The notes under the pieces are model-generated. The model worked only from the letters and a program-made list of their open reading frames with translations. It was not told where the DNA came from and ran no database searches. Shown one piece after another: positions 14,501-28,394 of a stretch of 64,000 nucleotides of DNA. The position numbers and the translations under genes were made by a program. The stretch's first letter is position 1. Each line of letters starts with the position of its first letter. This DNA comes from Catajapyx aquilonaris (lineage: Eukaryota). Location: assembly GCA_000934665.2 (NCBI GenBank), contig JYFJ02000329.1, forward strand, positions 62,001 through 126,000. Direction: 5' to 3'.

Positions 14501-17378
14501 CTGAAAAAAAAAGCGGTTGACCAAGGAGAAATTCCAGAGCAAAAATCCACACAGGCACGATATATAGGCGCACGCGGTTTTCACTCGGTATACTATCAAA
14601 CCAACCCTTGAAATCGCTCCTAAACCACTGGTTCATCCTCCGATTGGTCAGATTTGAGAAGGTCGCAGTCCATTTTTCCCAGAAACATCATTAAAGTACG
14701 TTCAATAGAAAAAACCCGGCCCCCTCGGTCTTGACCGCCCATAGGAAAGGGCATTTCCGTGATTTAAGACCCACACACACACACAACAAAAATTATCCAA
14801 GTAGGAAATCCTCTTATTTGGCCGCCAAGTGATAACAGCCTCTGTTTAGTATCCAACCTGTGGAGGTCACACCAACAAAACTTTCTATCACACCTTGCTA
14901 ATATATTTTGGCACAATTTCTGGTTCTAGTTGCATATCTATAATTTTTTTTCATGAAACACCGATAAACTCAAATGCCCTAGTTCACATGCTGTTATCGT
15001 AGACGCCCTTGATTGTCCTGAAACCACTTGATCGCTCGAATGCCGATAACTTCTGTTTATACACCCTCCCTTCGGTACATGACAGGTGAATAGGCCAAGG
15101 TGGACGCATCCCCCTATACACACTCGTACACACGGACTACTCACCAACAATGGGTAGTGTTGCGTAATCCAGGCCCGTGTCCTCTTCCTGTCCGGCGGCC
15201 GCGCCGCACCATCTTTGTCCCACACTATGTGGTCACTAACTACGAACTTCACACCGGTCATCCATTTCCCGCGATGCTGTGCGATCCGAACCGCGAACAA
15301 CACTGGGTCCCCCCCAGCTTTCGAAACGAACCAACCAGGCCTCTTCCTTTGACGCAGTCGATATGGATTCGGCGAACGCGGATCAGCGAAACAAGAGCGC
15401 GCTGTGGAGCTCCCGCGCCCTCACGCGACTATAACAACCAGGTCCTACTAAACCATGGTTCTTTTTTTTATTATTATTGCAAAAAAAGTGGTGTGCACAT
15501 TTTTGTTGATGTTGAGGGGGCGTTACGTAACCCACGTGGTCTGGTGTCACGTGGGTCTTGGAGGGGAAATCTGTTTTCTCGGAGCGATTTGGCATATGAG
15601 CATCGCCGGGTAATTAACCATGCCATATGGTGGGACACTGATCAGGTGCTTTTTAACCTGAGCGGTGTTTTGAGCCTCGGTAATGAACTTACTAATGATG
15701 TGCGATTCTGCCAATATTATAAATACGGTAAATGAAAGTGATGAACTGTGATATTTAAAAAAGTACCAAAATTCGTAACTATAATTATGAAGGGATTACG
15801 GCTCATTATGTACACAAGCATCTACCTTATTACTTCGTCAGTGTGTATATGCATTATGAAATTATCTCTGCAACCCTTTATCAGAAGGTTAATGTACTTA
15901 TCAGTATAGTCAACCGTCGATTAACGTAAACATCAGTATCATGTACGCTGCAGATTACTCTGCAATTTGCAAACAAGTCGGCCAGATTTGTGATGAATCG
16001 CATATGCCTCAATATCAAATTTTGTGCCCCATATACATGGTAGTTTTCTTGTTAATTTCCTCACGCTTTGAAAAAGTGGGGCAGAAGCTCAGCAGTCCCG
16101 AAGAAATAAAGCTAATGAAGAAGTAAATGACACTGCCCTTTGCAAATAATTAATGAGACTGGAAGCATCGTAGATCCTTCTGCTGATTGCTGTGAAATGC
16201 TTTACCTCCGTCATCAGTCTCAGGGTCGTTACTGACTTGCCTGTCGCGAAAATTAATTATTCCGACCCGTTGTTTGCAAGGGATTATCCTCGGGGGCCAG
16301 AGCGCTTCGAAATTATTTGGAGAGACATTTCCTACTTCTTTCCCTAACTTTACCGTGTAAAAAGGACCAAGAACATTGCGATAATAACAATTGCCTGGAT
16401 GGTGCACCAAGTTTGCATTATTAACTGCGGAATTGCAAGGTTCATATCTTGCTTTTCCAAGGGCGACACCTTATCCGCGCAATCGTCATGGTCGCAACTA
16501 ATCGCTTCCTACAACAGATCATTACATGTGATTGATGGACCGTACCCGTGCGCAATGACAGTTTGGGAGTGTCGTTGACCGATGGACTTCTCTCGAGTAC
16601 AGGCAAGACTCGATACTGAAATTGAGATATACTCGCAGGTGACACATGACAGGCTGATGCAACTGAAAAGGTCTGGGGTCTTATCACGTTTGCCCGTGCT
16701 GTTATGTCGCATCGGGATATCTGGGAAAGTATTTTATCAATGCCGAATGGAACTATGTGAATGGCACCTGTACAATGCACATTACGAAATTGGGCCAGCC
16801 TACACAGTATGTAACTTAACTGTACAATAACAATATTGCAGGCACAAGAAGCTGCATTATTTTCTCAATGCAGAATGGTATAGAAGTGTACCACAAAATA
16901 TTTCACGTGGTATAGGAATTGAACTGAGATGAACCGAGTGTTCGACCACATTTTTCTACAACTTGATTGCTGACACCGTGACATCCCGTGCCAAGAACCC
17001 ATTCTAACTACACGAAAACATTGAACATACTATGGAAATGAACTATATACGTGCAACTCCCAGAAATCGACAAGGGAACCGCGTCCATTTGAGGATGCGC
17101 CAGCGCAAGCGCAGGTATTCCACTCTCCAGGAAACAGCAAAGAAGCCATGGAAGACAGGGGTTAGAGGACACACCTTCTGCCGACTGGAAAATTTCCATT
17201 GTCACCTATGTCTGGTAAGATATCAGTAACTCTACAGTGTTAATTCATCCATGTGGGTCTGACCGCAATATTTGGTGCAGGTACATATGGTCGATAACTG
17301 TCTCGCCTCCCTACTGGTACCAATTACTGCACCCAAATTGGCGATGAGGAGCGTGGGTGCTGTCTGAATCTATATAAG

Positions 17379-20300
17379 ATGCAAGGGAATGCTGGAGATC
17401 CTCCGTACATAAATCTGCACAACTACGAGGGCCCCGAAGCCCAAGACAGCCCTTATGTCCTTACCAGCCCAAGGTCTCTGGAGGCCTGCAGAAAACTAGG
17501 GATCAAGGTCAGTTTCTAAATGGGATCCATCATTTCTTTTCAACCTCCGACGGCTGGAGCAAGGTGAAGAACCTACACCCATTTTTTTCTGTGTACTGCG
17601 CTTTATTTATGACAGATTTTTTCTTTGTTTTCATGCCAGCCCGTTCAACTTTTGTACCGGAGTGTGGAGGAATATGAGGAAGAGTTGATCGGTACGCCCC
17701 TGAAGGAAATCTACGAGATTTACGAACGGCATGAGAAGGAGAGGAAAGGTCAGTCCTATTTCCAAGCCTGCTGTGTAATCGATCTGTAATTTATTGTTGC
17801 GAAGAATGCAAAAAATTCAGATCCAGTTTTCTTTACAACGGGTAGGCTATATAGTCGACCATCGTGGTTTATTACAAGTACGTAAACAAAATGTTGCAAG
17901 TGTTGAAACAAAATAACATCATTTTAAAATTAGGCTAATATTTTTCTTAAATCCTTATCATCTCGATAAAATTCAATCTCAATTTGACCTCAAATTCAGT
18001 TGCAAAGCCCGCATAGGTCATTCACATTCAATATCAAAGGTGCTGCACGATGGTAATTATTTGTGCCGCATATTGAGCAGGTAAGCAGTTGTGTGGGTTA
18101 AATTATCTCAGCGTCCGGATGAATCTGGATCCAGTATTGCCACCAGTTACTACAAAGAACAGTCACGCAAGATGCTCATGTCAAGCAAAACACATTCACT
18201 TTTATGAGAGTCAACCATTTTGTCAGTCATTAGTTATTGTGTAGCAAGTGAGTAGAAATATTCATTGCTGTTTTTTGTGTAATATGCAACTAATGAAATA
18301 TGATTTCGACACTTTTGTTGTAATCTAGATGTTATGTTGTGCAGAGTAATTTCTGATTTTGTACCCGCAGTTAACGTGGAAAACTGCAAGCTGGCCAGAA
18401 AGAAACTAATCACCGAGCACGGGAAGTCGGCAGCTAACATCGAATATGAAAGACTAAGTAGAAAAGAGCGACTAAATGCTGAGAATGAGGCCCTGGCATC
18501 AGCCAAAAAAACAAGTGAGCAGTTTTACTTAGCAAAATATAAAACTGACCTATACACACAAAACTTACTCCACTGTATATGCACCCTACAATATTTCAGT
18601 TTGTCTTCATGATAATCCGGATACAACAACTGACACTGAAAGTTCCATGCAACAGGCAGGAACATCCGACAAGTGCAACCGGTACGTTCATGTTCGCATT
18701 TACCTAATATAACCTGGTACCAGATGTTTCCAGATATATTTTTACCGGGTATGTATGTAAGTGGGGCAATCTGCATAGCATCCATTCTCAATCCCACTCA
18801 GAGTTTTCTGTAGCTATAGATTTATGATTGCTATGAATCATGGTGTCCGTTGCCTTCGAACATGTAGGCCTACCTATAGGTATGTCCCGCTTTGTTTTGC
18901 AGGAAGGACGACCTGTCCTTATTTCCTCTCATGCCTACCTCCGTCATGACTTCCAGCCCCGTAGCCCCAAAACCCAGTCCCGAGTCCACCCCTGGTCCTT
19001 CAGGCCACCAGACACACCGTAGGGTCAACTCAGCCCCACCGGGGGAACTCGGCACATTGGAGTTCGCCATAGGCCGATTCACCCCAAGACCTACCCGCCG
19101 TAAGACCCCGAGGCGAAAGTCATCCGGCCGACCAGCCCACAACAGTCCAACCCGCCCAACAACAATGAGTTTGTATGGGATGCCGCCAGTCCAGAACCAG
19201 ATCGGAAGCTGCCCACAATTGGAAAGGACAAATTCGCCATACAGAGTGCACGACCGCAACAACAACAGAAACAAAAAGAATGGCTTCCAACCCAGGTACC
19301 TGCTACATTTAGACTACCCCATTTTTAATAAGTTTGGTTTACCTGCTGCGCTTATTGTCTATTTCGGTTAGCTTTAAACCCCCCAAAAAACCTGCAAGTT
19401 TCGTTCGCAACACCCTATTTGTTTCCCTTCTTTTCTTTCTTTTTTCTTCTTCTGTTCGGTAGAACGAGGTCTGTGACTGAGGTGTACCATTTGTCCCCTC
19501 GAAGGCCCCATGCAATTCAACTGAAGCCCCCTTCGTACACGAGACTATCGGACCTCGATATCCTGCGGAAAAGCTTTGATGGGTAATTTTAACTGCCCAC
19601 ATCGTGGTTCCCACAGTGAGAAATGTTGTTCATGATTTGTTTCGCCTACCAGGAGCTGGCAGAGTCTGGAATCTCTTCCTATACCGGAACATGACCGCAA
19701 GATTTTGGCTTCTCTGGCCTACAAGAAGCAGGAGGAAGAGAAGGCTCGAATTCTGGCTCACCACAGCCACGTTGCCTGGGACTTGGAGCGAGAGCAACAA
19801 ATACAAGTACAAAGTCTATTATTACTGTAGTATGTGCACTGTAGTACACCACATAGTAGGCATCTTCATTAATGTTTCTGGATACTTGAGAAATTTCTAG
19901 ATCGAAAGGACGTGAGGAAATTCATTACATAATAGTGAGGAAAGTCATTGTGTAATATTACAGGAAGAAGGGTTCTGGTAATGTGCGGTACTTCGTAAGG
20001 GCACAAGTGTATTCTACTAAAATGTATCCAGTACACTTGTCATGAGTCATGACTGATTGCACTCTCCCTTTAGACAATGCTACAAGAGGCTGAAAAGAGG
20101 AATCAACAGCTTATGCAAAAGCAGCAGTTAGAAAATGAAGAAAATCAGCGAAGGTACGACGAAGCCAAGAGAAGGCTGGCGGAAACTCAAGAACTTTTGG
20201 AGAAGACTATGCAAGAAAAGGAGATGAGAGTTCAGGAAAACCTTCATGGCCTCCATGACAAGCGGGTAAGTGTCTTCTAAAAACTGGGCATAGAAAACGC

Positions 20301-21705
20301 TTGAATTCTACGTGGTTTTCATTTAGAGACGAGAATTGGAGGAATATCGCGGGTTGCATGAGAAAAGACGCCAGGAAGTAGCGCAGGCACTGAAAAGAAT
20401 ACTGGAGGAGGAACAAAAGTACAGAGAGTCTTTGAGAGAACAGCAAGAACGGAGAATGGCTCAAGCTGAACAGAAACAGCAGGAATTAGAAATGGCTTGT
20501 CGGAAGGTACCTGAAATTCTTATCCTAATTGCATTCAGGTTCTAACTAAAACGTTACAGCGATTATCAGAAAACAACCGGATGGAAGAGGAACGCCGACA
20601 AGAGCGTCTGAAACAACTGGAAGAGCAAGCTGAGGTTAGTCTGCAAGCTATCAGGGCTGCAATTCTTGAGAAGGAAGAAAGGGCGAGAGAAAACACTTCT
20701 GGGTTATCCCATGCCAGGGACAAGCATCTCAAACAATTAGTGTAAGCAATTGCTATGATGGGTCCTTCAGCTAATGAAGACGCACTTCATTAATAGTGTT
20801 TGTTTTTTTAAATTGCAGAGCTGAAAGAAGCCAGAGGCATGCTAGGGTGGTCCAGCTGAAGGCTGAGTTAGACAAGGGCTTGGAGCAATGGAGGCAGCAA
20901 GTCCTACGTGTTCAGGAGCTGGAAGTTGAGAGAGCCCAGAAGGAAGTGGAGCATAAAGTAGAACATAGAAGGCAAAAGATCAGAGAAGAGAGGCAGCTGA
21001 AGGAGCACAACCATCAAATGCTCATGCAGAGGTAATTTTAACCTTTTAACATGTTCCAATTAACCCAAGGTAATACAGTATTTAGGCAAATATTCGGACT
21101 ATCAAAAGTTCCACATAGTGCCTGAAGTTAGCCTCATTTTACATTACCAGATGTGCTTCTGATCTCTGCAGTTACTCCAGTCAGTCAAATCCTTTACACA
21201 CATATTATGCAGTACATTCGATAACATGAGCGTGAGTGTTGTATCATGTTTGGGGCAATACCAAGGTCGCATGCCTGTTACAGGAAGTGACAGGTAATAT
21301 ACTTCACACAAAAAAGCTGAAATATTGTTACTCACAATCACAGGATCCAGGCTGAAGAAGAAGCCCGTGAGAAACACTGGCGCCTTTTACTGAGACTGAA
21401 GGCTGCAAGAATGATGTGGCTGGAACAGGAAAGACAGAGAGCTGTACAAGACTCCCGCGTCCTGGCCCACACCACAGCCCAGCTAAGGGAGCATCTGAAG
21501 TAAGAGGATGCAAGTTAATTAACAATTCTCCCAGTTAAGAGAGATCAGAGGAAAAAAAAAAAAATTATAACTACTTTTCAGGCGCACACTGACGCCAGAA
21601 ACATTTGACCGAAAAGTGGCAAGGGCTCAACTCGAAATGCGGGTGACTGGAAGGACAGTGGCACCTGTTCCTCCTATGCATTGCTCTCATATTTGTTTGG
21701 GATAG
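17379..21705 (+). CDS. CCDC177: Coiled-coil domain-containing protein 177-like, 12 coding exons, 685 aa
   Basis: Exons 17379-17507, 17640-17748, 18371-18514, 18600-18681, 18903-19295, 19653-19806, 20074-20265, 20327-20506, 20560-20741, 20819-21031, 21344-21499, 21582-21705 are all GT-AG and join in frame (2058 nt). The motifs SPYVLTSPRSLEACRKLGIKPVQLL, IPEHDRKILASL and TFDRKVARAQL resemble CCDC177 as I recall it (YVLTSPRSLEAC, PERDRKIAAL, SFDRMVREAQL). The C-terminal half is a long E/R/K/Q-rich coiled coil. Confidence 0.85.
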
Positions 21706-22961
21706 ATAGGTATACTATAAGCATGGAGGGCAAAATTCCAATAGACAGGTAGTCTTCGATCCAATCTTAATTACTATACAATGTTCTGTTATATTTAAAT
21801 TGGTGCTACACATCCTCTCGGTAAATCTTCACCAGTCTGATATGTTTCGCTTCAAGAATCTGCAAGCTTTGTACTCAGAAATTTCCATTAACTTTATATA
21901 ACTGCTACCAGTACATGTATTGTTAGCATTTAACTTACTCAGTTGTACTTCAGCATTTAATGTTTCAGGATTTTCACGTGAATGCAGTGGCATGTTACAG
22001 GTAAATACGTTACTAACTGTTACCAATAGGGCATTGACACGATAGTGCTAGATATCATATACTTCGAGCACTGTTTTGTTATTAAAATGTGAGACGTGGC
22101 ACTGCCTACTGTTATGTTAATGGATAATGGCACATACTTCAGCCAAAATAAAGAGCCAGTCAAATCCAACCTTGCAAAATATTAATTTCTGAAGACCTTC
22201 TGCAACATACCCTTGACCCTCTGGAAGCATTCTTCTGGAGATTCTTCTGGACCTATTTTTACACCAATTGGTAGCCCTACACCGCTGAATAGTTTTGACA
22301 AACATGACACTATTTAAACAAGTTCATATGTCACACTGCACTAGCAGGCAATTAACTGTAGTAGGTTCATGTCAATATTGCAAGCAATTCATTAATCACC
22401 ACATTTCAAGTTACACATGGTCTGTTACACAGAGTCTGGTAAAAACCCTTCTTTACAGATCGAGTACATTGCAAACAGGTTGCACTTACTACCTGTCTGT
22501 CCTTGTATCCTACCAGTTTTCATCACGTTCACACATCAGAATCTCCACCCCACAAGTACCATTGCCTACGAACTTGGAACACCATCTCCCATTATTATTA
22601 AGATTGTATTTCTTGCAGAGTGCACTTGGTTTTGGTAAAGCAATGTGGAAATTGGGCTCCAACCCAATTTGAAGCCACAACTGAGCAGTCTCAGCACCAT
22701 CTATCTACTGACTCTACTCCATTCACAATGCACCAGGTTTGAAATTACTTCAGTGAAGGTATGTAACATAAGTTATTACGTGTAACTTAGTGTACTCTTT
22801 GTAAAAATCCCCAATCGGATTTTTTTCTTCTTCTTCTGTTCATTAAAGCTGGAAGGAAAGTGCACACTGCATGAAAAAATAGAAAATGTTCATTTAGCTC
22901 AATTATTACTTACACATAACTTTGTATTTGTCCCTAAGCAGTCCTTAAATTGTGGTCATGT

Positions 22962-23386
22962 CAGTGGCGTCGCTAGGCAGGTGCGGGGGGTGTGGACCGC
23001 ACCGGGTGACACCCTCGAAGGGGGTGACACCCAAGTGATTGTTAAAAAATTATTTCCTAATTTTATATCACCTAATACGCTAATAGCACCGCCACACCGG
23101 GTGACACGAGTGACACAGAGACACCCTCAACGGGGTGATACCCAATAGATTGTAAAAATTTCTTGCGCATTTTATCCGGGAGTAAGTAGTAAGAGTAAGA
23201 CAACTATTCACATGGCATTCAATGATATACATGAAAGCTTCATTAGTTCTAAAAAATAACCAAGTATTCTGTACGGTCGGGCACGGGAGAGGGTCCTGGC
23301 CCTTGGGCCAGGGGGGTGGTGGAGGGGGGGGGGGGTGACACCACGAGTTGCCGCACCGGGTGACAACAACACTAGCGATGCCACTG
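22962..23386. mobile_element. hAT-superfamily MITE
   Basis: 15-bp TIRs CAGTGGCGTCGCTAG / CTAGCGATGCCACTG (1 mismatch), a perfect 8-bp TSD GGTCATGT (22954-22961, 23387-23394), and repeated internal GGGTGACAC motifs. Confidence 0.9.
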
Positions 23387-24103
23387 GGTCATGTATCTGG
23401 CATGATTCTGGAAGGAACACATTTACACAAGGCACATGGAAGAACATTATATATTTGAAAATAACCAGGAGCATTCAACAAAATTATGCATATACACAAC
23501 ATTTCTCTAGTTCTTCATATCAGACGGTTATTACATCCGCACTGCAACATCAAAATAACGCAATTCTTGTAGCATTCCTATCATTACAAGAGACGTAAAA
23601 ATTATTTGTCCCAATATGTCCTGACACGCCAGAATATTGTTCAGTACAATGCAGAAAAACCATTACCAGCACAGCATATCACTGCACTTGATGACTTTTA
23701 TGCACAGTAAACAACAGCAATGTATGGCAGTTAAGTCTTTCTTAAAACAAATTACGCAGACAATTCTATATCACATGATTCGTTGTAAAATTATGTGAAT
23801 TTTTAATTGTGTGCATAAAGTCTTCTATCATAAATAAAAGCCCATTGAATGTAGAGATTGTTACAAAAAGAATCAACTGCACTGCATGATATCTAAAAGT
23901 AACCATTCCTCACCTGACGCCGCTAATACTGCCTTTGTGGCATGTTACATGTAATAATTGTACACTAACTTCTAAGTTACTTCATGGCCTCATTCACAAA
24001 CAGTAATAACACATATCACCGGGTACAATACAAGCTCAAGATATCAACAGATGACACCAATTTAACAGAAATCTTGCCAAGTTCAAAAGCACACTGCAGT
24101 CTG

Positions 24104-24355
24104 TGAAGACCTCGGGGAAATAACAATCAAGGTCCACCTCAGGTGAAACTGAGATATTGCCATTTCAAATTTCAAAGGCCCATATAAGGGTTCATAGTAA
24201 ATCCCATTTTTGGGGCTGTCCATCGTGACCTATGATCATTACTCCACAACCACGACCAAACCATTATATTCTACGCTAGTGAAACTATATTTTGAGATAT
24301 GTAACCCAATTTTGACAAAACATTGACCTTGATCATTCTTCCCCCGAGGTCTTCA
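24104..24355. mobile_element. Putative MITE with ~30-bp imperfect terminal inverted repeats
   Basis: TGAAGACCTCGGGGAAATAACAATCAAGGTC ... GACCTTGATCATTCTTCCCCCGAGGTCTTCA. No clear TSD. Confidence 0.55.
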
Positions 24356-24820
24356 TATGGTAAAATTAATATGAGAAGATTAAAATTCCACTATTGCAGT
24401 TCAGGTGTGCTTCAATCAGCCAATCTCTTGCATGCAGCTACAAAGATTGTCACATGTGACCAAATAATCATGGAGATTTAAACTTTAAAAAGTCCTCCAC
24501 TTATGTCCTGACCTCTCATATATCACAACTTTACTACACCCTGATACTACATAGTTTTACATGACTTGCAAGGTAGGCCAATGCCCTGTTGACATTTTGC
24601 ACTGAAGGCAGGTGTGAATGACTTACAAGGAGACTGGATCAATTAATTTGTGACTTCTATTCTGCCTCCAATGAAATAAATTGTGAACTTGGCACAATGC
24701 CCTCCTTAGTAACAGTGTAGCAAATAGTATGTGCAAGGGATACCTATCTATTTCTTCCTATGTAAATCAAGAGAGCTTCATCAATTTTTTTAAAGCCAGC
24801 CAGTAAGCCAGCCGTAGAAA

Positions 24821-24988
24821 CAGCGCCGGATTTACCAATAGGCGGAAAAGGCAATTACCTAGGGGTGGCCATAAAGCTGGAATATATATATTTTAAATAA
24901 AATAAAATAAAACAACAAAATAAAGGAGAGAACACAATAGAAATATTGAATTAAGTGGCATACAGGGGGGGGGGTAAATCCGGTGCTG
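24821..24988. mobile_element. Short hAT-like MITE
   Basis: 16-bp TIRs CAGCGCCGGATTTACC / GGTAAATCCGGTGCTG (1 mismatch). The 8-bp flanks are degenerate: CGTAGAAA / CATAAAAA. Confidence 0.7.
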
Positions 24989-26274
24989 CATAAAAAAGCA
25001 TGAAGTTTGTTCCTATGGATTCATGAGTGATGGCAGAAATAGCACATCCATTTCTTTCTGATTGTATCACCTGGTCAGTAACACTTATTCATAACTCGCT
25101 CCTGCCACTATGCAGTGCAAGTAGAAGAATGTGTTCCATGACTAGAGATCTGTCTATTTCAGTCTTGAGGGGATGTAATAGTCAGGTTGGGCTTCATGGG
25201 GATAGTCTGAATCAGCATCCATCATGACTGGTCCTCACTTGCCTCACATAGGCAGATATCCACATGCAATCTTTCCAGTTACACAGCATAGTGGACACAA
25301 CATACACTTCCCATTTCCAGGACAGCCCAGGGGAAATTTCTAAATGGCTTGCGGCAATGTAGTGTTTTGTAACATTATATTGGCATTCCCATTTTAAAGA
25401 TACATGGCAATCAACTTACTATCCAAGCAACACAATAAAAGTCATTAACTGCTTCTACGTACATGGAAGTACAAGATTCAATATCAACTATGTATTATAC
25501 TACGCAATTTAAGTGGATTCTCTTATGCTGGCCAGTTAGCCACCATTTGGTCAGCCCTACCTTGGGCCAGCTGCAGGAATTATGAAGGTTTCCGACAAAA
25601 GTCACGGACTACAAAACATGCATGATTGGTTTATTACCATTGTTCCTTAATGTGAGATCCCTGAGATTTTTAACAAAAGAGAAAGCATTTGGCATCATCA
25701 TACCTTTTTTCAAATATTTCAGTACTCTTGCCTCTGCGCAGCAAAAGAATAATGGATGACACTGGCCTTATTACATCACTCCTCCCTCCTCAGAAAATAT
25801 CAATTTACAGGGCACTTGCATTACTATTATACTCCCATTCTGTCATTGAATAGCTATTCCCTAAGCTTGATTATTTTGTGGAATGTATGCAGTGTAATGA
25901 GCAGACAAAAATGCAAAGTTTAGTAAGTGCAGCTTTTTCCTCTTCATGAACTCCCAAGCTCTAAATAAGTTATTGCACATCTATTGTAGCACTAGTAGTT
26001 TTCCATATTATTTAGGAAAATTATGTACTTTCAGAAGATACTTATATAGAACTATTGCAGCTCATTTAGAGGACAAGTTCTTTTGCACACGTCAAATTGG
26101 AAGCTCTCTATGTCGTACCACTGCATTAAGATTTGTGTTTTAAGAATAGTGATTCCATCAGTACTTGAGTCCTAATCAGCCAAGCACACTCCATAACCCA
26201 TGTGCCTGCAAGACTCTTAATCACATAATTACCAGGTAGGTAATTATTATTCCCTGCCAGTGACACATCATATA

Positions 26275-28155
26275 CAGTGGTGGCCTAAATATTATATTAA
26301 CGGTTTGTTTTTTGGGCATAGCTTTTCCCAGAGTGATCCTGATTGAGCTGAAATTTGAACATGTTATGTACCATGGCGTTTAGAGAGAATATGCAACTTT
26401 TGAAGAATTTCCGAGTTATAGAAGAGAAATAAACAATGTTTTTGTTTATTTTTCACCTATGTCAAAATTCAACAAAATCTTCAAACAACCATAACATTCT
26501 GAAAACTCAACCAATTGCTACAAAACTTGACAAGCTAATTCCGGGCTGTAGGGCCAAATTGGCTAGCCAGCCCGGAATTCCTATAATATGTTACTTGGTC
26601 TGGAGGGCAACACGGTGGCTGAGCGGTTAGCGCCGCAGCCTTCCACCTCTAAGGTCCTGAGTTCGATCCCCGGGTCGGACGGAGGATACTTATGTGGATA
26701 GAGTTTCGATGGGTTCTCTCCGTGTTCGCGTGGGTTTTCTCGGGGTTCTCCCGTTTCCTCCCACTATCAAAATGCATCACATTACAGGCAAATGATTAAA
26801 ATCGGTTATTCAAAAGATGATCCCCTAAGAGGCCCAAGGGGCCTATCACAGGGTATCCATTATTACTTGGTCTGGTAACCCTAGGCATCGATGACAGCTT
26901 GACATCTGCAAGGCAATGAGGTGACCAACCTGTCCAACACCAATTGTGGGATCTTCTTCCACTCTACCTCCAGTTGCTTGTACTTATTGGTGGTATTGGA
27001 TGCTCTCTTGTTCGTCAGATGACACCCCAGATCCTCCCATAAGTGCTCGATTGGATTGGAGTCCGGAGATCAGCTTGGTCAATTTATTATGGCCACCCTC
27101 TTCTGGTGTGGTCCCAAGTGTGGACGAGCATGGATGAATGTTTTGTGTTGTTGTCATGCTGGTACAGGAGAGATTGGCCAAACACGTTCCTTGGATATGG
27201 CCATATGACGTCTTGGAGGATATCCCTGTACGCCTCATGGGTCATTATACTGACAATTCAGTGCAAGCAATCGACTCCAAGGGAGCTGAAGCAGCCCCAG
27301 ACCATCATGGATCGTCTGCTTTGCTTGTTGGTCAGTATCTAGTACTTGAGATTGAATTGGTCACCTTTGGGATGACAAACACAGGCTATTCCATGAGTTC
27401 CAAACATCAGACACTTCGATTTGTCTAACCAAAGGACACCACACCACTGTCTCTGTGTGCAGTTGAGCTTGGGCTGCTTCAGCTCCCTTGGAGTCACTCC
27501 CCTGCACCAAATTGTCAGTACCATGACCCCTGAGGAGTCCAAGACGTCATGCAAGGAGTGTGTTTGGCCAATCTCTAATGCATCAGCATGACAACAACCT
27601 AAAACACTCCTCCGTGCTCGTCCACACTTGGCCACAACAGAAGAAGGTAGCCATAATGGAGTGGCCAGGCCTATCTCCGGACCCCAATACGATTGAGCAC
27701 TTATGGGAGGATCTGGGATGTCATCTGAAGAACAAAGAGAGCATCCAGTACCACTAATAAGTACAAGTAACTGGAGGTAGAGTGGAAGAAGATCCCACAA
27801 TCGGTGTTGGACAAGTTGGTCACCTCAATGCCTCACAGATGTCAAGCTGTCATCGACGCCAATGGTTACCAGACCAAGTACTAGATGCGAGTGATTAGTT
27901 TGTCAAGTTTTGTAGTGATTGGTTGAGTTTTCAGAATGTTATGTTGCTTGAAGATTTGGTTGCATTTTGACATAGGCAAAAAAATAAACAAAAACATTGT
28001 TTATTTTTCTTCTACATCTCAGAAATTCTTCGCAAGTGGCATATTCGCTCTACATGGCATTGTGCATAACATGTTCAAATTTCAGCTCAATCTGATCATG
28101 CTGGGAAAAGTTATGCCCAAAAAACAAAAAGTTAATATATTTTTGGCCACCACTG
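26275..28155. mobile_element. Non-autonomous Tc1-derived foldback element made of two inverted copies of a Tc1 right end
   Basis: Termini TA|CAGTGGTGGCC ... GGCCACCACTG|CA. The left arm 26275-~27298 (excluding insertions) is the diverged reverse complement of the right arm ~27470-28155. The arms carry a decayed transposase C-terminus (HDNNLKHSS...EWPGLSPDPNTIEHLWEDL at 27560-27757), compared with the Tc1 consensus DNDPKH...WPSQSPDLNPIEHLW. Confidence 0.88.
26604..26862 (+). mobile_element. tRNA-derived SINE with V-SINE-like core, inserted in the Tc1 foldback
   Basis: Box A TGGCTGAGCGG and box B GAGTTCGATCC. The core TTCTCTCCGTGTTCGCGTGGGTTTTCTCGGGGTTCTCCCGTTTCCTCCCAC resembles the V-domain. 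A 13-bp TSD TTACTTGGTCTGG lies at 26591-26603 and 26863-26875. The SINE is absent from the opposite arm. Confidence 0.88.
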
Positions 28156-28394
28156 CATCTGTAAAACCCTATGCAAAATTTTATATTATTGAGCAGGATC
28201 ATAGAACATCACATCTTAGCTCAAATTAAGGATGCATCATCATTAAGTAATAATTATGTTACCTACTGTACAAGGAAAGTAATAAGATTATCCATACAAG
28301 TAATCAGCCGATGCATGTGAATTACTGGCAAAATCAAGGTCAATGTTTTCAAAAAGAATGTGTCCAAAAATATAAAATGCATTTCCTTAATCTA

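Noticed and set aside
15100..15735. 211-aa plus-strand ORF
   Set aside because: It has a GTG start, no recognisable domain and a poly-T run. It is more likely a GC-richer regulatory or 5' region upstream of CCDC177.
26604..26680. Possible tRNA genes (also at ~62670-62745)
   Set aside because: The tRNA-like heads run directly into SINE bodies, and the first has a TSD. I could not fold a convincing cloverleaf.
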